Assembly: GCA_963696385.1 (NCBI GenBank)
Contig: CAVOKF010000001.1
Location: 32,001-96,000, forward strand
Direction: 5' to 3'
Source of the DNA: an uncultured delta proteobacterium
GTDB lineage: Bacteria > Myxococcota_A > Polyangia > Polyangiales > Polyangiaceae
DNA length: 64,000 nt
How positions within the stretch are numbered: position 1 is the first letter of the stretch; every line of letters begins with the position of its first letter. The notes under the pieces were generated by a model. It worked only from the letters and a program-made list of their open reading frames with translations, was not told the origin of the DNA and searched no databases. Below are positions 53,785 to 64,000 of the stretch, piece after piece. Position numbers and translations under genes: made by a program.

Positions 53785-54032
53785 GGGCCACCTCTCGTGC
53801 GGGTCGTCGAAGTCCGGTTCGCCCGACCCTAATGATCCGAACTCGGATTCTGAGCTCTGCACCTTATCGCGCACCCTGGGCAATTCGCAAAACGGGATGC
53901 GCCCCCTAGGATCTGCCGCATCGCCGTTTCTTTTCGGCTGGTTTGGTTTCAGCCGTGCCATGAGGCCAAATCCCGACCCGGCTGCCCGGGTCGGCTTCGC
54001 GCGAAGCTCGAAGGACGCTCGTTCGACCTGAC

Positions 54033-54048
54033 CGGCACGGTGATTGCT
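54033..54048 (+). promoter_or_regulatory. Putative sigma54 -24/-12 site
   Basis: cGGCACggtgaTTGCT about 17 nt before ATG 54065. Confidence 0.55.
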
Positions 54049-54064
54049 ATCCCTGTGCGCACCT

Positions 54065-54985
54065 ATGCACGTGAAAAATGGTTTTTCGATCCGCGCGGTA
54101 CGGTGCGGCAGTCTCGGCCTGGTCCTCGGCGCGGGCATCGGTCTCGTCGCGTGCGGCGGCAGTTCGGCCCATGGCGTTCCTGCGACGAGCGCAACGAGCT
54201 CCCCCGTGGACGACGAGACGACGGCCGATTTGACCGAGCACCACCGTTACCACCATCACGGCGGCATCACGCTCTTCATCGCGATGAGCCTCGATACCCT
54301 GGGTGTTTCACCCGAGCAGCAGGCCGCCGTCGAGAGAATTCGCAAGGACCTGCATGCTCGGATGCAACCCGCCCGGGCCGCCGAACAGAACCTCACGGCG
54401 GTGCTGGCCAACGGAATCGCGACGGGCAGCGTGGACACCGTGGCGGCGGACGCCGCCTTGGCGCAGCTGGTCGCCGCCGCGGCCGCCGTGCAGGACGCCT
54501 CCGCGGTTCCGCTGAACGATCTGCATGCCCTGCTCACGCCGCCGGAGCGAGTCGCACTCGTCGACAAGGTACAGGCGCATTGGGCGGTCTGGCAGAAGGC
54601 GAACGCGGATCAGGCCGGGCCGGCGCAGACCGAGGGCGGCTATTTCGACCGGCTCGCGACCGACCTCGGCCTTACGGCCGAGCAGGTGGGAAGGATCCGC
54701 GCGGGCCTCGCCGACGCGTCGAAGGCGGCGCCACCGTTCGACCCTCAAGAAGTCTCGGCGGTTCTGGCTGCGTTCGGCGATGCGTTCCGGAGCGACCACT
54801 TCGACGCCGTCGCGTTTACGACGGCGCGCAGCGCGAACGCCCATATGGTCGGCTCGGCCGCGGCGCACATGGCGCACTTCCTCGAAGCCGTGAGCCCCGT
54901 GTTGACCGCGGAGCAGCGCGCCGATTTCGCGCAAAGACTCCGCGAGCACGCGAGCCACAACCCGAGCGCCGAGGCGACCCCATGA
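54065..54985 (+). CDS. Tandem Spy/CpxP-like (LTxxQ) lipoprotein with His patch
   Basis: LVAC lipobox; LGVSPEQ, LLTPPER, LGLTAEQ, VLTAEQR; EHHRYHHHGG. Confidence 0.75.
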   Translation: MHVKNGFSIRAVRCGSLGLVLGAGIGLVACGGSSAHGVPATSATSSPVDDETTADLTEHHRYHHHGGITLFIAMSLDTLGVSPEQQAAVERIRKDLHARMQPARAAEQNLTAVLANGIATGSVDTVAADAALAQLVAAAAAVQDASAVPLNDLHALLTPPERVALVDKVQAHWAVWQKANADQAGPAQTEGGYFDRLATDLGLTAEQVGRIRAGLADASKAAPPFDPQEVSAVLAAFGDAFRSDHFDAVAFTTARSANAHMVGSAAAHMAHFLEAVSPVLTAEQRADFAQRLREHASHNPSAEATP

Positions 54986-55359
54986 GCCGAATGAACCAGA
55001 TGCGAGTCGTACGGAGCGCCGCCTGCGCGTTCGCCCTCGGCGTGACGGTCCTCGGAACAGCGGGATGCGGCATGGAGGTGGGGGCCGACTATCCGGCCGG
55101 CTACTACGGCGACTACCCGCCGGACGCGTACATTGCGGAGACGGAACCATTCTACTACGGGGGGTACCCGACCTACTGGTACGGCGGCTACTGGTACTAC
55201 CGCAACGGCGGTCGATGGGGCCGTTACGACCGGGAACCGGCGGGCCTCTATCAGCGCCGTATGGCCGGCGCGCCGAGGCAGCACGGCTACGAAGGCGGGC
55301 GCTCTGCCGGTCACTTCGGGGGGGGCCATGCGGGCGGCCGCGCCGGCGGTCGCCGCTAA
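54982..55359 (+). CDS. Small Tyr/Gly-rich lipoprotein
   Basis: ATGA-coupled; TAGC lipobox; YYGGYPTYWYGGYWYYR. Confidence 0.7.
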   Translation: MSRMNQMRVVRSAACAFALGVTVLGTAGCGMEVGADYPAGYYGDYPPDAYIAETEPFYYGGYPTYWYGGYWYYRNGGRWGRYDREPAGLYQRRMAGAPRQHGYEGGRSAGHFGGGHAGGRAGGRR

Positions 55360-55404
55360 ACGACGTTGCCCCGATCCGCGATCGCACCCCGGGACCCTGA
55401 CGGC

Positions 55405-55470
55405 GACGACCTCGACCTCGACCTCGACCTCGACCCCGACAACCCCGACCTCGACCCCGACCTCGACCCG
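55405..55470. repeat. Intergenic (CGACCT/CGACCC)n hexamer tract
   Basis: About 10 imperfect hexamers between convergent genes; reverse complement of the tract at 6776. Confidence 0.75.
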
Positions 55471-55475
55471 CGATT

Positions 55476-56693
55476 TTACGGTCCACCCGAACTCGACGCG
55501 CTCGAAAACGACACGGCCGGCGCGTTCGCGCAGCACCGGAACCCGATCTGATAAAAGAAAAAGCCGTCTCCGTGAGCGCGCGTCGTTGCCCGGCACGTCG
55601 TGCGAACCGGGCCCCAGTAGCCGCCGTTGAGGATCGACGGGCGTTCGCCCGGAATGACGGACGTCGTCCACTCATCGACGTTGCCGATCGTGTCGTCCAC
55701 GCCGAACGGGCTCCGGCAAAGGGGGTGAGATCCAGACGGCTCTCCCTGCCAAAGCCGGTCGATCTCCGCAACGAAGCGGGCACCGCTTCGAACGTCGAAG
55801 AGGCTCATGTCGACTGGGCGGTACGGCCGGTCGATGACGCACGCCCCGGGGTCGCGCACGTAGCCGTTTGGAAAAGGGCGGGCTTGTTCGCCTTCGCAGG
55901 CGAAGGTCCACTCCTCTTCCGTGCACAGCCGCTTGTCTTCGCGCGCGCAGAGACTCTGCGCTTCGCCGAACGTGACCACGATCCAGGGATATGCGCCGCG
56001 CTGGTTCGGGTATTCGTAGCGATCGATGCAGTAATGCAACGGCACGCTCGGAAGGCCCGCGGACAGCGCGATCCACCGGTCGCGATCGTAGCGCGCGCAA
56101 CGTTCCGGATACTCGCGGCTGATCCAGTCGGTGCACATCGACTTTTGCAGCTCCTCCACGGGCTCGTGCTTGGCGGGGTCCTCGGTCTTCATCCGCCCGC
56201 GAATCTCGACCATCCCGGGCCGGCACGCCCCGGGAGCGCCTTCCGCGGCGTCCGTGACGTCGGCGTCGGGCCGGCACGCCCCGGGAGCGCCTTCCGCGGC
56301 GTCCGTGACGTCGGCGTCGGGCCGGCACGCCCCGGGAGCGCCTTCCGCGGCGTCCGTGACGTCGGCGTCGGGCCGGCACGCCCCGGGAGCGCCTTCCGCG
56401 GCGTCCGTGACGTCGGCGTCGGGCCGGCACGCCCCGGGAGCGCCTTCCGCGGCGTCCGCGACCTCGGCGTCCTCCGATCCGGGCGAAACAATCTGCCAGT
56501 ATTTTCCCTCTCGCTGCTGCCATTCGTGTTGCATGGGCGGATGCGCAAGCCCGACGCTCGCGATCATGCCGGCGAGTTCGGCCTCCCGCTCCTCCGGTGG
56601 ACTCTCCCAATGGGCCACCCCCATGGCGGCTAGGAAGACGAACGCAAGAGCCCCCCCGAACGCCTTACCCAGGCCTGCTCGGACGCCTCGCAT
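55476..56693 (-). CDS. Formylglycine-generating enzyme (SUMF1/FGE-sulfatase) domain protein
   Basis: CIDRYEYPN, KRLCTEEEWTFACEG, SPFGVDDTIGNVDEW, IGFRCC; N-terminal signal/TM. Confidence 0.87.
   Translation of the reverse strand: MRGVRAGLGKAFGGALAFVFLAAMGVAHWESPPEEREAELAGMIASVGLAHPPMQHEWQQREGKYWQIVSPGSEDAEVADAAEGAPGACRPDADVTDAAEGAPGACRPDADVTDAAEGAPGACRPDADVTDAAEGAPGACRPDADVTDAAEGAPGACRPGMVEIRGRMKTEDPAKHEPVEELQKSMCTDWISREYPERCARYDRDRWIALSAGLPSVPLHYCIDRYEYPNQRGAYPWIVVTFGEAQSLCAREDKRLCTEEEWTFACEGEQARPFPNGYVRDPGACVIDRPYRPVDMSLFDVRSGARFVAEIDRLWQGEPSGSHPLCRSPFGVDDTIGNVDEWTTSVIPGERPSILNGGYWGPVRTTCRATTRAHGDGFFFYQIGFRCCANAPAVSFSSASSSGGP
56217..56474 (-). repeat. 51-bp coding tandem repeat x5
   Basis: Units 51 bp apart (56221, 56272, 56323, 56374, 56425) encode DADVTDAAEGAPGACRP. 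Confidence 0.95.
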
Positions 56694-56754
56694 GCCTCGG
56701 AACGAAGTTTACATCACGGTGGCCGTGCCCGCCGCACAACGGGCGGAGCGCCGT

Positions 56755-56770
56755 TGGCGCCGGAATTGCG
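56755..56770 (+). promoter_or_regulatory. Putative sigma54 -24/-12 site
   Basis: tGGCGCcggaaTTGCg upstream of the lipoprotein at 56827. Confidence 0.5.
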
Positions 56771-56826
56771 TGAGCGAGTCCGAACGCAGAATTTTGTCCC
56801 ATCCACCTCCCGAGGAGGCCATCGCC

Positions 56827-57309
56827 ATGATTCGTTCTTCCATACTCGCCACGACCGTCCTCTCCCTCACGCTCGCCGCGGCGTGTGACAACGCGTCGAG
56901 CGACGCACAAAAAGCCGAGGTCGCGCAGACGGAGGCCAACGACAAGAGCGCGGGCGCCATGAAGGTGGCTGACGACGCGGTCAAGAGTGCCCAGGCCGAG
57001 GCCGACGAAAAAGTTGCGGCGGCGCAGGCGGACTTCCTAAAACTGAGGGAAGACTACCGGCACAAGGTCACCACCAACCTCGTGGAGCTCGACCGGAAGA
57101 CGGCGGACCTCACGGCCAAGTTGGACCAGTTGCGCGGCAAGGAGAGAGCCGAACTCGATGCCAGTTTGAGGCAGATTCACGCTGGGCGTGACGCGTTTGC
57201 CCGAGACTATCAGTCGCTCGAGGGCGATTCGGCGCGCACTTGGGACAACACGAAATTTCGACTCGACAAGGAGTGGGCCGATCTCAAAGCGCTCGTCGAC
57301 AAAGCCTAA
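56827..57309 (+). CDS. Coiled-coil lipoprotein
   Basis: GAGGAGG RBS, AAAC lipobox, helical, W...K...DKEW..LK end. Confidence 0.78.
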   Translation: MIRSSILATTVLSLTLAAACDNASSDAQKAEVAQTEANDKSAGAMKVADDAVKSAQAEADEKVAAAQADFLKLREDYRHKVTTNLVELDRKTADLTAKLDQLRGKERAELDASLRQIHAGRDAFARDYQSLEGDSARTWDNTKFRLDKEWADLKALVDKA

Positions 57310-57543
57310 AGCGGTCCGTCGCGGTCCCCCGAAGTCACTGCCTCCGGTCGCCGCCATGGCGCTTGGCAAGGTACCTCCGCCGGATCGGCACAACGCAAAA
57401 CTCCGCGTGCTTCGGGGCCTCTTCGTCGATCGGTCCAAGGCTCCGTCGCGGTCGCGCCCCAAAACTACAATGGCATCGATTGTGCTTTTCGGTCGCGATC
57501 TCGAGGGACCGCTTGGGTCCCTCGTCGAAACCAAGGCCTCCCC

Positions 57544-57984
57544 ATGCCTCTTCCAGCCCTCGCGGGTCCTCGCACCACGGTGAGCATCGAAGCGGCCCCG
57601 GGCATTGCGCACCGCACTATGCGGATCGAACTCGCGTGTGCCCGCGCGCTCTTGGATGCTATCGAGATCATTCTCAACGTCCCGAGCAGCGCCCGATCGC
57701 GAAGCGACGTCGTCGCTCAGATCGCAGACCAGCTGTCGCGTGTGGCGATTATCATCCAACAGTGGCAAGACGGACCACACGACGACGAATTCCCGGAGGC
57801 GACTTCGGAGGAATCGAGTGAGCGCGCTTGTTGCATGTCCGGCGTCAACGACACGGCAACGCGCAACGAAAACGAGCCAAAGACGGCTTCCTGGCTCCGA
57901 TCTGAGCCAGTGACCGTGCGGATCCAGCAACGCGCGCCGTCGTTGGCGTCAGCCAGCGACAAGAGCGAGGACGACTCGCAATGA
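57544..57984 (+). CDS. Hypothetical protein
   Basis: ORF fills the gap before pgm; tGGCATcgattGTGCt at 57471-57486 upstream. Confidence 0.35.
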   Translation: MPLPALAGPRTTVSIEAAPGIAHRTMRIELACARALLDAIEIILNVPSSARSRSDVVAQIADQLSRVAIIIQQWQDGPHDDEFPEATSEESSERACCMSGVNDTATRNENEPKTASWLRSEPVTVRIQQRAPSLASASDKSEDDSQ

Positions 57985-58084
57985 TGAATGGGGCACTTTC
58001 ACTTGCAAGACGGTCGACGCAGGCCGACCGCCCAATGGCCCTGGCAGCGCGCCGCGGCCGTGCGACGACGCGTAGGAGGCCATC

Positions 58085-59761
58085 GTGCAGATCAGTCCTT
58101 TCGCAGGAAAGCCGGCCACCGCATCGGGGCTGGTCAACGTCCCGAGACTCGTGACCGCGTACTACACCGAAGTCCCGGACCCTTCGGTCCCGGCACAACG
58201 GGTCGCCTTCGGCACCTCGGGACATCGTGGATCCGCTTTCGACAAGGCGTTCAACGAATGGCACATCCTGGCCATCAGTCAGGCTATTTGCCAGCATCGC
58301 GAGCTGAACAAGGTCGATGGCCCGTTGTTTCTTGGAATGGACACGCACGCGTTGTCCGTGCCGGCTCTCGCGAGTGCGCTCGAGGTCCTGGCGGCAAACG
58401 GGGTCGAAGTCATGCTCGCCCAGGGCGACGAATACACGCCGACCCCCGCGGTCTCCCACGCGATTCTCACGTACAACCGTGGGCGCGATCGAGGGCTCGC
58501 AGACGGCATCGTCATCACGCCCTCGCACAATCCGCCCCACGACGGCGGGTTCAAATACAATCCTGCCAACGGGGGCCCGGCCGAGTCCTCCGTAACGGAC
58601 TGGATTGGGCACCAGGCGAACGCTTTTCTCGAGAAGGGTCTTGGAGGTGTCCGGCGAATTCCGTACGAACGAGCTCTGCGCGCCTCGACGACGCACCGTC
58701 ACGATTATCGCGAGGCCTACGTGGCCGATCTGGCCCATGTCATCGACATGGACGCCATTCGCGCAGCTCAGATCCCCATCGGAGTCGACCCGATGGGCGG
58801 CGCTGGAGTCCACTACTGGGAGCCGATTGCCGAACGCTACGGGCTGAACCTCACGGTCGTCGACGAGATCGTCGACCCCACGTTTCGCTTCATGACCGTC
58901 GACTGGGACGGCCAAATCCGCATGGATCCCTCGTCTGTTTACGCCATGCAGAGGCTCATCGCCTATAAGGATCGTTTCGCGATCGCCTTCGCTTGCGACA
59001 CCGACCACGACCGGCACGGGATTGTCACGAAAAGCGGCGGCTTGCTGGCTCCCAATCACTATCTCGCAGTCGCCATCTCGTTCCTGTTCCGGCATCGGCC
59101 GAAGTGGAGCGAGAAGGCGGCCATCGGCAAAACGGTCGTGAGCACCACGATGATCGATCGCGTCACGGCCGATCTCGGGCGCAAGCTTTACGAGGTGCCG
59201 GTCGGCTTCAAGTGGTTCGTCGACGGGTTGCTCGACGGCTCACTGGCCTTCGGTGGCGAAGAGAGCGCGGGGGCGACGTTCGTCCGCCAGGATGGCAGCG
59301 TTTGGACGACCGACAAGGACGGCATGGTGCCCGCGTTGCTCGCAGCGGAAATCACCGCGCGGATGGGCAAAGATCCCGGAGAACTCTACCAGGAACTCAC
59401 GCGCCATTTCGGTGAGCCGATCTACGACCGCGTGGAGGCGAAGGCCACCCCGTCCGAGAAGCAGGCGCTCGGCAGGCTTTCGGCCCGAGACATCCGCCTC
59501 ACGGACTTGGCAGGCGAGAAAGTGGAGGCCATCCTCACTCGCGCGCCGGGCAACGACGCGCCCATCGGCGGCGTGAAGGTCGTCGCAAAAAGCGGGTGGT
59601 TTGCGGCCCGTCCGTCCGGGACCGAGGCCGTGTACAAGATCTATGCGGAAAGCTTCCGTGGAGCGGACCATCTGCGCCGCCTGCTCGAGCAAGCCCAAGC
59701 CGTCGTCGGCGCGGCTTTGACCGTTGGGACCGAAGGGTCCTTATCGGGGAAACGGCCATGA
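58085..59761 (+). CDS. pgm: Phosphoglucomutase
   Basis: FGTSGHRG, TPSHNPP, DTDHDRHG, GGEESAG, RPSGTE. Confidence 0.97.
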   Translation: MQISPFAGKPATASGLVNVPRLVTAYYTEVPDPSVPAQRVAFGTSGHRGSAFDKAFNEWHILAISQAICQHRELNKVDGPLFLGMDTHALSVPALASALEVLAANGVEVMLAQGDEYTPTPAVSHAILTYNRGRDRGLADGIVITPSHNPPHDGGFKYNPANGGPAESSVTDWIGHQANAFLEKGLGGVRRIPYERALRASTTHRHDYREAYVADLAHVIDMDAIRAAQIPIGVDPMGGAGVHYWEPIAERYGLNLTVVDEIVDPTFRFMTVDWDGQIRMDPSSVYAMQRLIAYKDRFAIAFACDTDHDRHGIVTKSGGLLAPNHYLAVAISFLFRHRPKWSEKAAIGKTVVSTTMIDRVTADLGRKLYEVPVGFKWFVDGLLDGSLAFGGEESAGATFVRQDGSVWTTDKDGMVPALLAAEITARMGKDPGELYQELTRHFGEPIYDRVEAKATPSEKQALGRLSARDIRLTDLAGEKVEAILTRAPGNDAPIGGVKVVAKSGWFAARPSGTEAVYKIYAESFRGADHLRRLLEQAQAVVGAALTVGTEGSLSGKRP

Positions 59762-62304
59762 CAGACCCATTTCACATCGACCCCTCGGCGGTTCGTCCGC
59801 GGCTCAGCGGGTTCGAAGGGTTCGACGTTCTCGCGAAGCTGGCGCTCAACATGCGTTGGTCGTGGAACCACGCGACCGACGAAGTGTGGAGGAGGCTCGA
59901 CCCCGAATTGTGGGGCATCACGCACAACCCCTGGGTGGTTCTGCAGACTGCCTCGCGTGACCAAGTCGAGCGCGCGTGGGCCGATCCCGTGTTTCGCAGA
60001 GAGGTGGACGGCTTGGTGCAGACACGAAGGCAGGCCTTGGAGGCGCCGGCGTGGTTTCAGCAGAAGCATGCGCAGGGTCCGCTGACGTGCGCTGCGTATT
60101 TCAGCATGGAGTTCATGCTGAGCGAAGCCTTGCCGATCTATTCGGGAGGGCTCGGCAACGTCGCCGGCGATCAGCTCAAAGCCACGAGCGACCTCGGCGT
60201 GCCGGTCGTGGGCGTGGGTCTTCTGTACCAGCAAGGCTACTTTCGCCAGGTCATCGACAAGGACGGTTCGCAAGAGGCCCTTTTTCCGTACAACGACCCG
60301 GGCCAGTTGCCGATCACACCGCTCCGCCAATCGAACGGCGAGTGGTTGCGTTTGAAAATGGATCTGCCCGGTTACTCGGTGTGGCTGCGCGCCTGGCAGG
60401 TCCAGGTCGGCCGCGTCAAGCTTTACCTTTTGGACAGTAACGACGCGGCGAATCTTCCCGTTCATCGGGCGATCACGAGCGAGTTGTATGGGGGCGGGGC
60501 GGATCTGCGTCTGCAACAAGAGCTGGTTCTCGGAATCGGTGGATGGCGATTGCTCGAAGCGCTGGGCCTCGATCCCGAAGTCTGTCACTTGAACGAAGGC
60601 CACGCGGCATTTGCCGTGTTGGAGCGGGCCCTCGGCTTCATGCGAAAGACGGCGCAGCCGTTCGACGTCGCGCGGGCCGTCACGCGGGCGGGCAACGTCT
60701 TCACCACCCACACGGCCGTTGCGGCCGGCTTTGATTGCTTCCCGGCAGACCTCATCGCGCGGTACCTCGGTGCCTATGCGGAGCAGAAGCTCGGCATCGC
60801 GCAAAGCGACCTGCTGGCGCTCGGCCGGAGGGACCCGAACGATGCCTCGGAGAGTTTCAACATGGCCTACCTGGCCGTGCGCGGCAGCGGGTCGGTCAAT
60901 GCCGTGAGTCGCCTGCACGGCGAGGTGAGCCGGCGCATCTTTCGGCCGCTCTTTCCATCTTGGCCGGAAGACGAAGTGCCCGTCGGCTACGTGACCAACG
61001 GAATCCATACGCCGACCTGGGACTCCGCCCCGGCCGACGATCTCTGGACGGAGGCCTGCGGAAAGGACCGCTGGTTGGGGACGGCGACGACCTTGGCGGA
61101 AGACGTCCGCCGCATCTCCGACGAAAGGCTTTGGGGGTTTCGCGCCGCCGCCCGCAAGAATCTGGTCGAGTACACCCGGCAGCGATTGTCGCGGCAACTG
61201 ACCGCGGAGGGGGCCGCGGCCGAAATCGTGGACGAGGCCAGGCGTCGATTCGACCCGAACGCGTTGACGCTCGGTTTTGCGCGGCGCTTTGCGACGTACA
61301 AGAGACCCGACCTCCTGTTGCACGATCCCGCGCGGCTGCTGCGCCTCTTGTCGAACCCCGACCGCCCGGTGCAACTCATCCTTGCAGGCAAGGCCCATCC
61401 ACAGGACGAGGCGGGTCAAGCCTTGATCCACAGATGGATCGATTTCATCCGACAGCCGGCAAACCGTCCCCACGTCGTCTTTCTCAGCGATTACGACATG
61501 CGACTGACCGAGCACTTGGTTCAGGGCGTCGACGTTTGGGTCAACACTCCGCGGCGCCCGTGGGAGGCCTGTGGAACGAGCGGCATGAAGGTGCTCGTCA
61601 ACGGCGGGCTGAATCTTTCGGAATTGGACGGCTGGTGGGCCGAGGCGTATTCCCCCGAAGTGGGGTGGGCTTTGGGCGACGGCCGCCAGCACGACGACGA
61701 TGCGGCGTGGGACGCCGTCGAAGCCGACGCGCTCTACGACGTGCTCGAGCGCAAGGTGGCCCCGGAGTTTTATACCCGCGACCCGAGCGGCATTCCGACC
61801 GCATGGGTAAGGCGCATGCGGGAGAGCATGGCGCGGCTGACTCCGCAGTTTTCGGCCGACCGCGCCGTGCGCGAGTACGCCGAGCAGCACTACCTTCCGG
61901 CCGCCGCCGCTTACCGCACACGGTCGGCCGACAATGCCGCCCTTGGCCGAGAGTCGGTTCGCTGGCAAGAGACCGTCGAGCGAGCCTGGGCCTCGCTGCA
62001 CTTCGGCAACGTCAAATGCACCACCCGCGGCGACCAGCACGCGTTCGAGGTCGAGGTCCACTTGCAAGACCTCGATCCGAGCGCGGTGCGGGTCGAGCTC
62101 TATGCCGACGGCGCCGGGAGCGGCCCGCCCGTGCGCGTGGAAATGGCACGCGTTCGTCCCATGGCCGGCTCCTCCGGCGGCTCCGTGTACGGCGGTTCGG
62201 CGCCCGCGGCCCGCTCACCCGCGAGCTATACGGCGCGCCTGATGCCGCGCCGCGAGGGCGTGGCCGTGCCGCTCGAGGTCCATTCCATTCTCTGGCAGCG
62301 TTGA
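59758..62304 (+). CDS. glgP: Alpha-glucan (glycogen) phosphorylase
   Basis: [41 protein letters not shown]-coupled to pgm. Confidence 0.96.
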   Translation: MTDPFHIDPSAVRPRLSGFEGFDVLAKLALNMRWSWNHATDEVWRRLDPELWGITHNPWVVLQTASRDQVERAWADPVFRREVDGLVQTRRQALEAPAWFQQKHAQGPLTCAAYFSMEFMLSEALPIYSGGLGNVAGDQLKATSDLGVPVVGVGLLYQQGYFRQVIDKDGSQEALFPYNDPGQLPITPLRQSNGEWLRLKMDLPGYSVWLRAWQVQVGRVKLYLLDSNDAANLPVHRAITSELYGGGADLRLQQELVLGIGGWRLLEALGLDPEVCHLNEGHAAFAVLERALGFMRKTAQPFDVARAVTRAGNVFTTHTAVAAGFDCFPADLIARYLGAYAEQKLGIAQSDLLALGRRDPNDASESFNMAYLAVRGSGSVNAVSRLHGEVSRRIFRPLFPSWPEDEVPVGYVTNGIHTPTWDSAPADDLWTEACGKDRWLGTATTLAEDVRRISDERLWGFRAAARKNLVEYTRQRLSRQLTAEGAAAEIVDEARRRFDPNALTLGFARRFATYKRPDLLLHDPARLLRLLSNPDRPVQLILAGKAHPQDEAGQALIHRWIDFIRQPANRPHVVFLSDYDMRLTEHLVQGVDVWVNTPRRPWEACGTSGMKVLVNGGLNLSELDGWWAEAYSPEVGWALGDGRQHDDDAAWDAVEADALYDVLERKVAPEFYTRDPSGIPTAWVRRMRESMARLTPQFSADRAVREYAEQHYLPAAAAYRTRSADNAALGRESVRWQETVERAWASLHFGNVKCTTRGDQHAFEVEVHLQDLDPSAVRVELYADGAGSGPPVRVEMARVRPMAGSSGGSVYGGSAPAARSPASYTARLMPRREGVAVPLEVHSILWQR

Positions 62305-62363
62305 AGGCTCGCCGATCGATGAAACAGCGATCCCCACGAGCCGACGTCCCGAATCGGATCGCC

Positions 62364-63011
62364 ATGAAGCGAGCGATCCCGATCACGACGTTGTTTCTCG
62401 ACATCGGCGGGGTCGTGCTCACCGACGGGTGGGATCACCGCGCCCGCAAGCGGGCCGCGACCGCCTTCGATCTCGACTGGGCCGAGATGGAGGCACGGCA
62501 TCGCATGACGTTCGAGTTGGTCGAAGAAGGAGAGCTTGCGCTCGACGACTATCTGAGCCTCGTGGTTTTCTACCAGAAACGGTCCTTCACTCGATCCCGA
62601 TTCCGGCGTTTCATGTTCGCGCAATCCGAACCGTACCCGGACATGATCGACTTCATCTCCGGGCTCAGAGCGCGCCACGATCTCAAAGTCGTCGTCGTCA
62701 GCAACGAAGGGCGGGAACTGAATCGCCATCGCGTTCGAACGTTCCGACTCGACGACTTCGTGGACGTCTTCATTTCGTCGTCCTTCGTTCATCTTCGAAA
62801 GCCGAACCCGGACATCTTTCGGCTGGCGCTCGACGTCGCCCAAGTGGAAGCGTCCGAGGTCCTGTATCTGGACAATACCGCGATGTTCGTCCACATCGCC
62901 GAGGGGTTGGGCATTCGAAGCGTCCTGCATACCCATTTCGCGTCGACGCGCACGAAGCTTTTGGCCTTCGGCTTGCAGAGTGGTGGAGGGATCATCCAAA
63001 AAACCGGATGA
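62364..63011 (+). CDS. HAD family phosphatase
   Basis: [23 protein letters not shown]; alternative start at 62319. Confidence 0.87.
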   Translation: MKRAIPITTLFLDIGGVVLTDGWDHRARKRAATAFDLDWAEMEARHRMTFELVEEGELALDDYLSLVVFYQKRSFTRSRFRRFMFAQSEPYPDMIDFISGLRARHDLKVVVVSNEGRELNRHRVRTFRLDDFVDVFISSSFVHLRKPNPDIFRLALDVAQVEASEVLYLDNTAMFVHIAEGLGIRSVLHTHFASTRTKLLAFGLQSGGGIIQKTG

Positions 63012-63121
63012 GCCGCGCATGGGGATCATCCGTGCAGGCTCGTCGAGCCACCATTCACCAGGATGGATCCGCGGCCGCGTGTCCGTCTTCAATGTCCGCT
63101 CACCTTGGAAGGATTCGATCG

Positions 63122-64000
63122 ATGCAACCAAACCCGCTCTCGCCCGAAGAGTGCCGGCGAATGCACGCGTACTGGCGCGCCGCCAACTATCTGTCCGTTG
63201 GCCAGATCTATCTGTACGACAACCCTTTGTTGAAAGAGCCTCTGAAGCTGTCGCACGTGAAGCCGTTGGTCGTCGGGCATTGGGGCACGACACCGGGTCA
63301 GAACTTCATTTACGCGCATCTGAATCGGGTCATCAAAAAATACGACCTCGACATGTTCTACGTCGCCGGTCCCGGTCACGGGGGCCCGGCGCTCGTCGCC
63401 AACGTGTATCTCGAGGGCACCTACAGCGAAGTGTTTCCCAACATCGGCCGGGACGAGGCGGGACTGAAAAAACTCTTCACGCAGTTCTCGTTTCCCGGCG
63501 GGATCTCGAGCCACGTCGCGCCGACGACTCCGGGGTCGATTCATGAAGGGGGCGAGCTCGGGTATTCGCTGAGCCATGCCTTCGGTGCCGCTTTCGACAA
63601 CCCCGATCTGATCGTGGCGTGCGTGGTCGGCGACGGCGAAGCGGAAACGGGCCCGCTCGCCACCTCGTGGCAGTCCAACAAGTTTCTCGATCCGGTCACC
63701 GACGGCGCGGTCCTTCCGATTCTGCACCTCAACGGCTTCAAGATCAGCAACCCGACGGTCTTGGCTCGCATCGAGCGGGAAGAATTGGAGCAGTTTTTCC
63801 GCGGCTCGGGCTGGACGCCGCTCTTCGTCGAAGGCGATGACCCGCAAGAGATGCACCAACGCATGGCGGGTATCGTCGAGCAGGCCGTCGAGAGCATTCG
63901 CCACATCCAGCAGCAGGCGCGGCGCAAGAGCGACACCACGCGGCCACGCTGGCCCATGATCGTCCTGAGGTCGCCCAAAGGCTGGACGGGGCCGAAAGTC
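63122..64000 (+). CDS. xfp: Phosphoketolase (Xfp), 3' partial
   Basis: Manual translation, absent from the ORF track: [61 protein letters not shown]. Confidence 0.96.
   Translation, partial: MQPNPLSPEECRRMHAYWRAANYLSVGQIYLYDNPLLKEPLKLSHVKPLVVGHWGTTPGQNFIYAHLNRVIKKYDLDMFYVAGPGHGGPALVANVYLEGTYSEVFPNIGRDEAGLKKLFTQFSFPGGISSHVAPTTPGSIHEGGELGYSLSHAFGAAFDNPDLIVACVVGDGEAETGPLATSWQSNKFLDPVTDGAVLPILHLNGFKISNPTVLARIEREELEQFFRGSGWTPLFVEGDDPQEMHQRMAGIVEQAVESIRHIQQQARRKSDTTRPRWPMIVLRSPKGWTGPKV

Noticed and set aside
57989..58008. GGCAC-N6-TTGCA before pgm as a sigma54 promoter
   Set aside because: GG-to-GC spacing is 11 rather than the required 10; worth revisiting only if an indel error is shown

Overview
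GC-rich bacterial window whose gene content points to a myxobacterium (Ser/Thr kinase-PEGA cluster, many Ser/Gly-linker lipoproteins, sigma54 activator); this is inferred, not classified. 1-9.5 kb: acid phosphatase, cspA, histone-like protein, ABC-F ATPase, gluconolactonase, a decayed VapBC pair and OmpA/MotB. 9.5-17.1 kb: an accessory island with two related cargo-carrying transposons in opposite orientation (10247-11943, 12109-16844). Their IS903-like GGCTTTGCC(C/T)ATAAA ends carry multiple internal binding-site repeats, and all four ends abut the motif CCCAGCAG, three of them inside a REP-like hairpin repeat. The larger element has a broken SWIM-DDE transposase flanked by RHH and HTH genes, plus a PLD-fold/2-TM cargo pair. 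The smaller has no transposase and carries a MazF/PemK-like pair. 17-35 kb: lipoproteins, pyruvate kinase, VIT1, kinase-PEGA cluster and tamA-tamB. 35-44 kb: an N-ATPase operon (atpDCQRBEFAG, Na+-type c subunit) behind an NtrC-type activator, with a -24/-12 site before atpD. 44-64 kb: envelope and signalling genes, several with sigma54-like sites, then pgm-glgP-HAD-phosphoketolase (cut by the window end). All calls come from reading motifs by eye; no searches were run.
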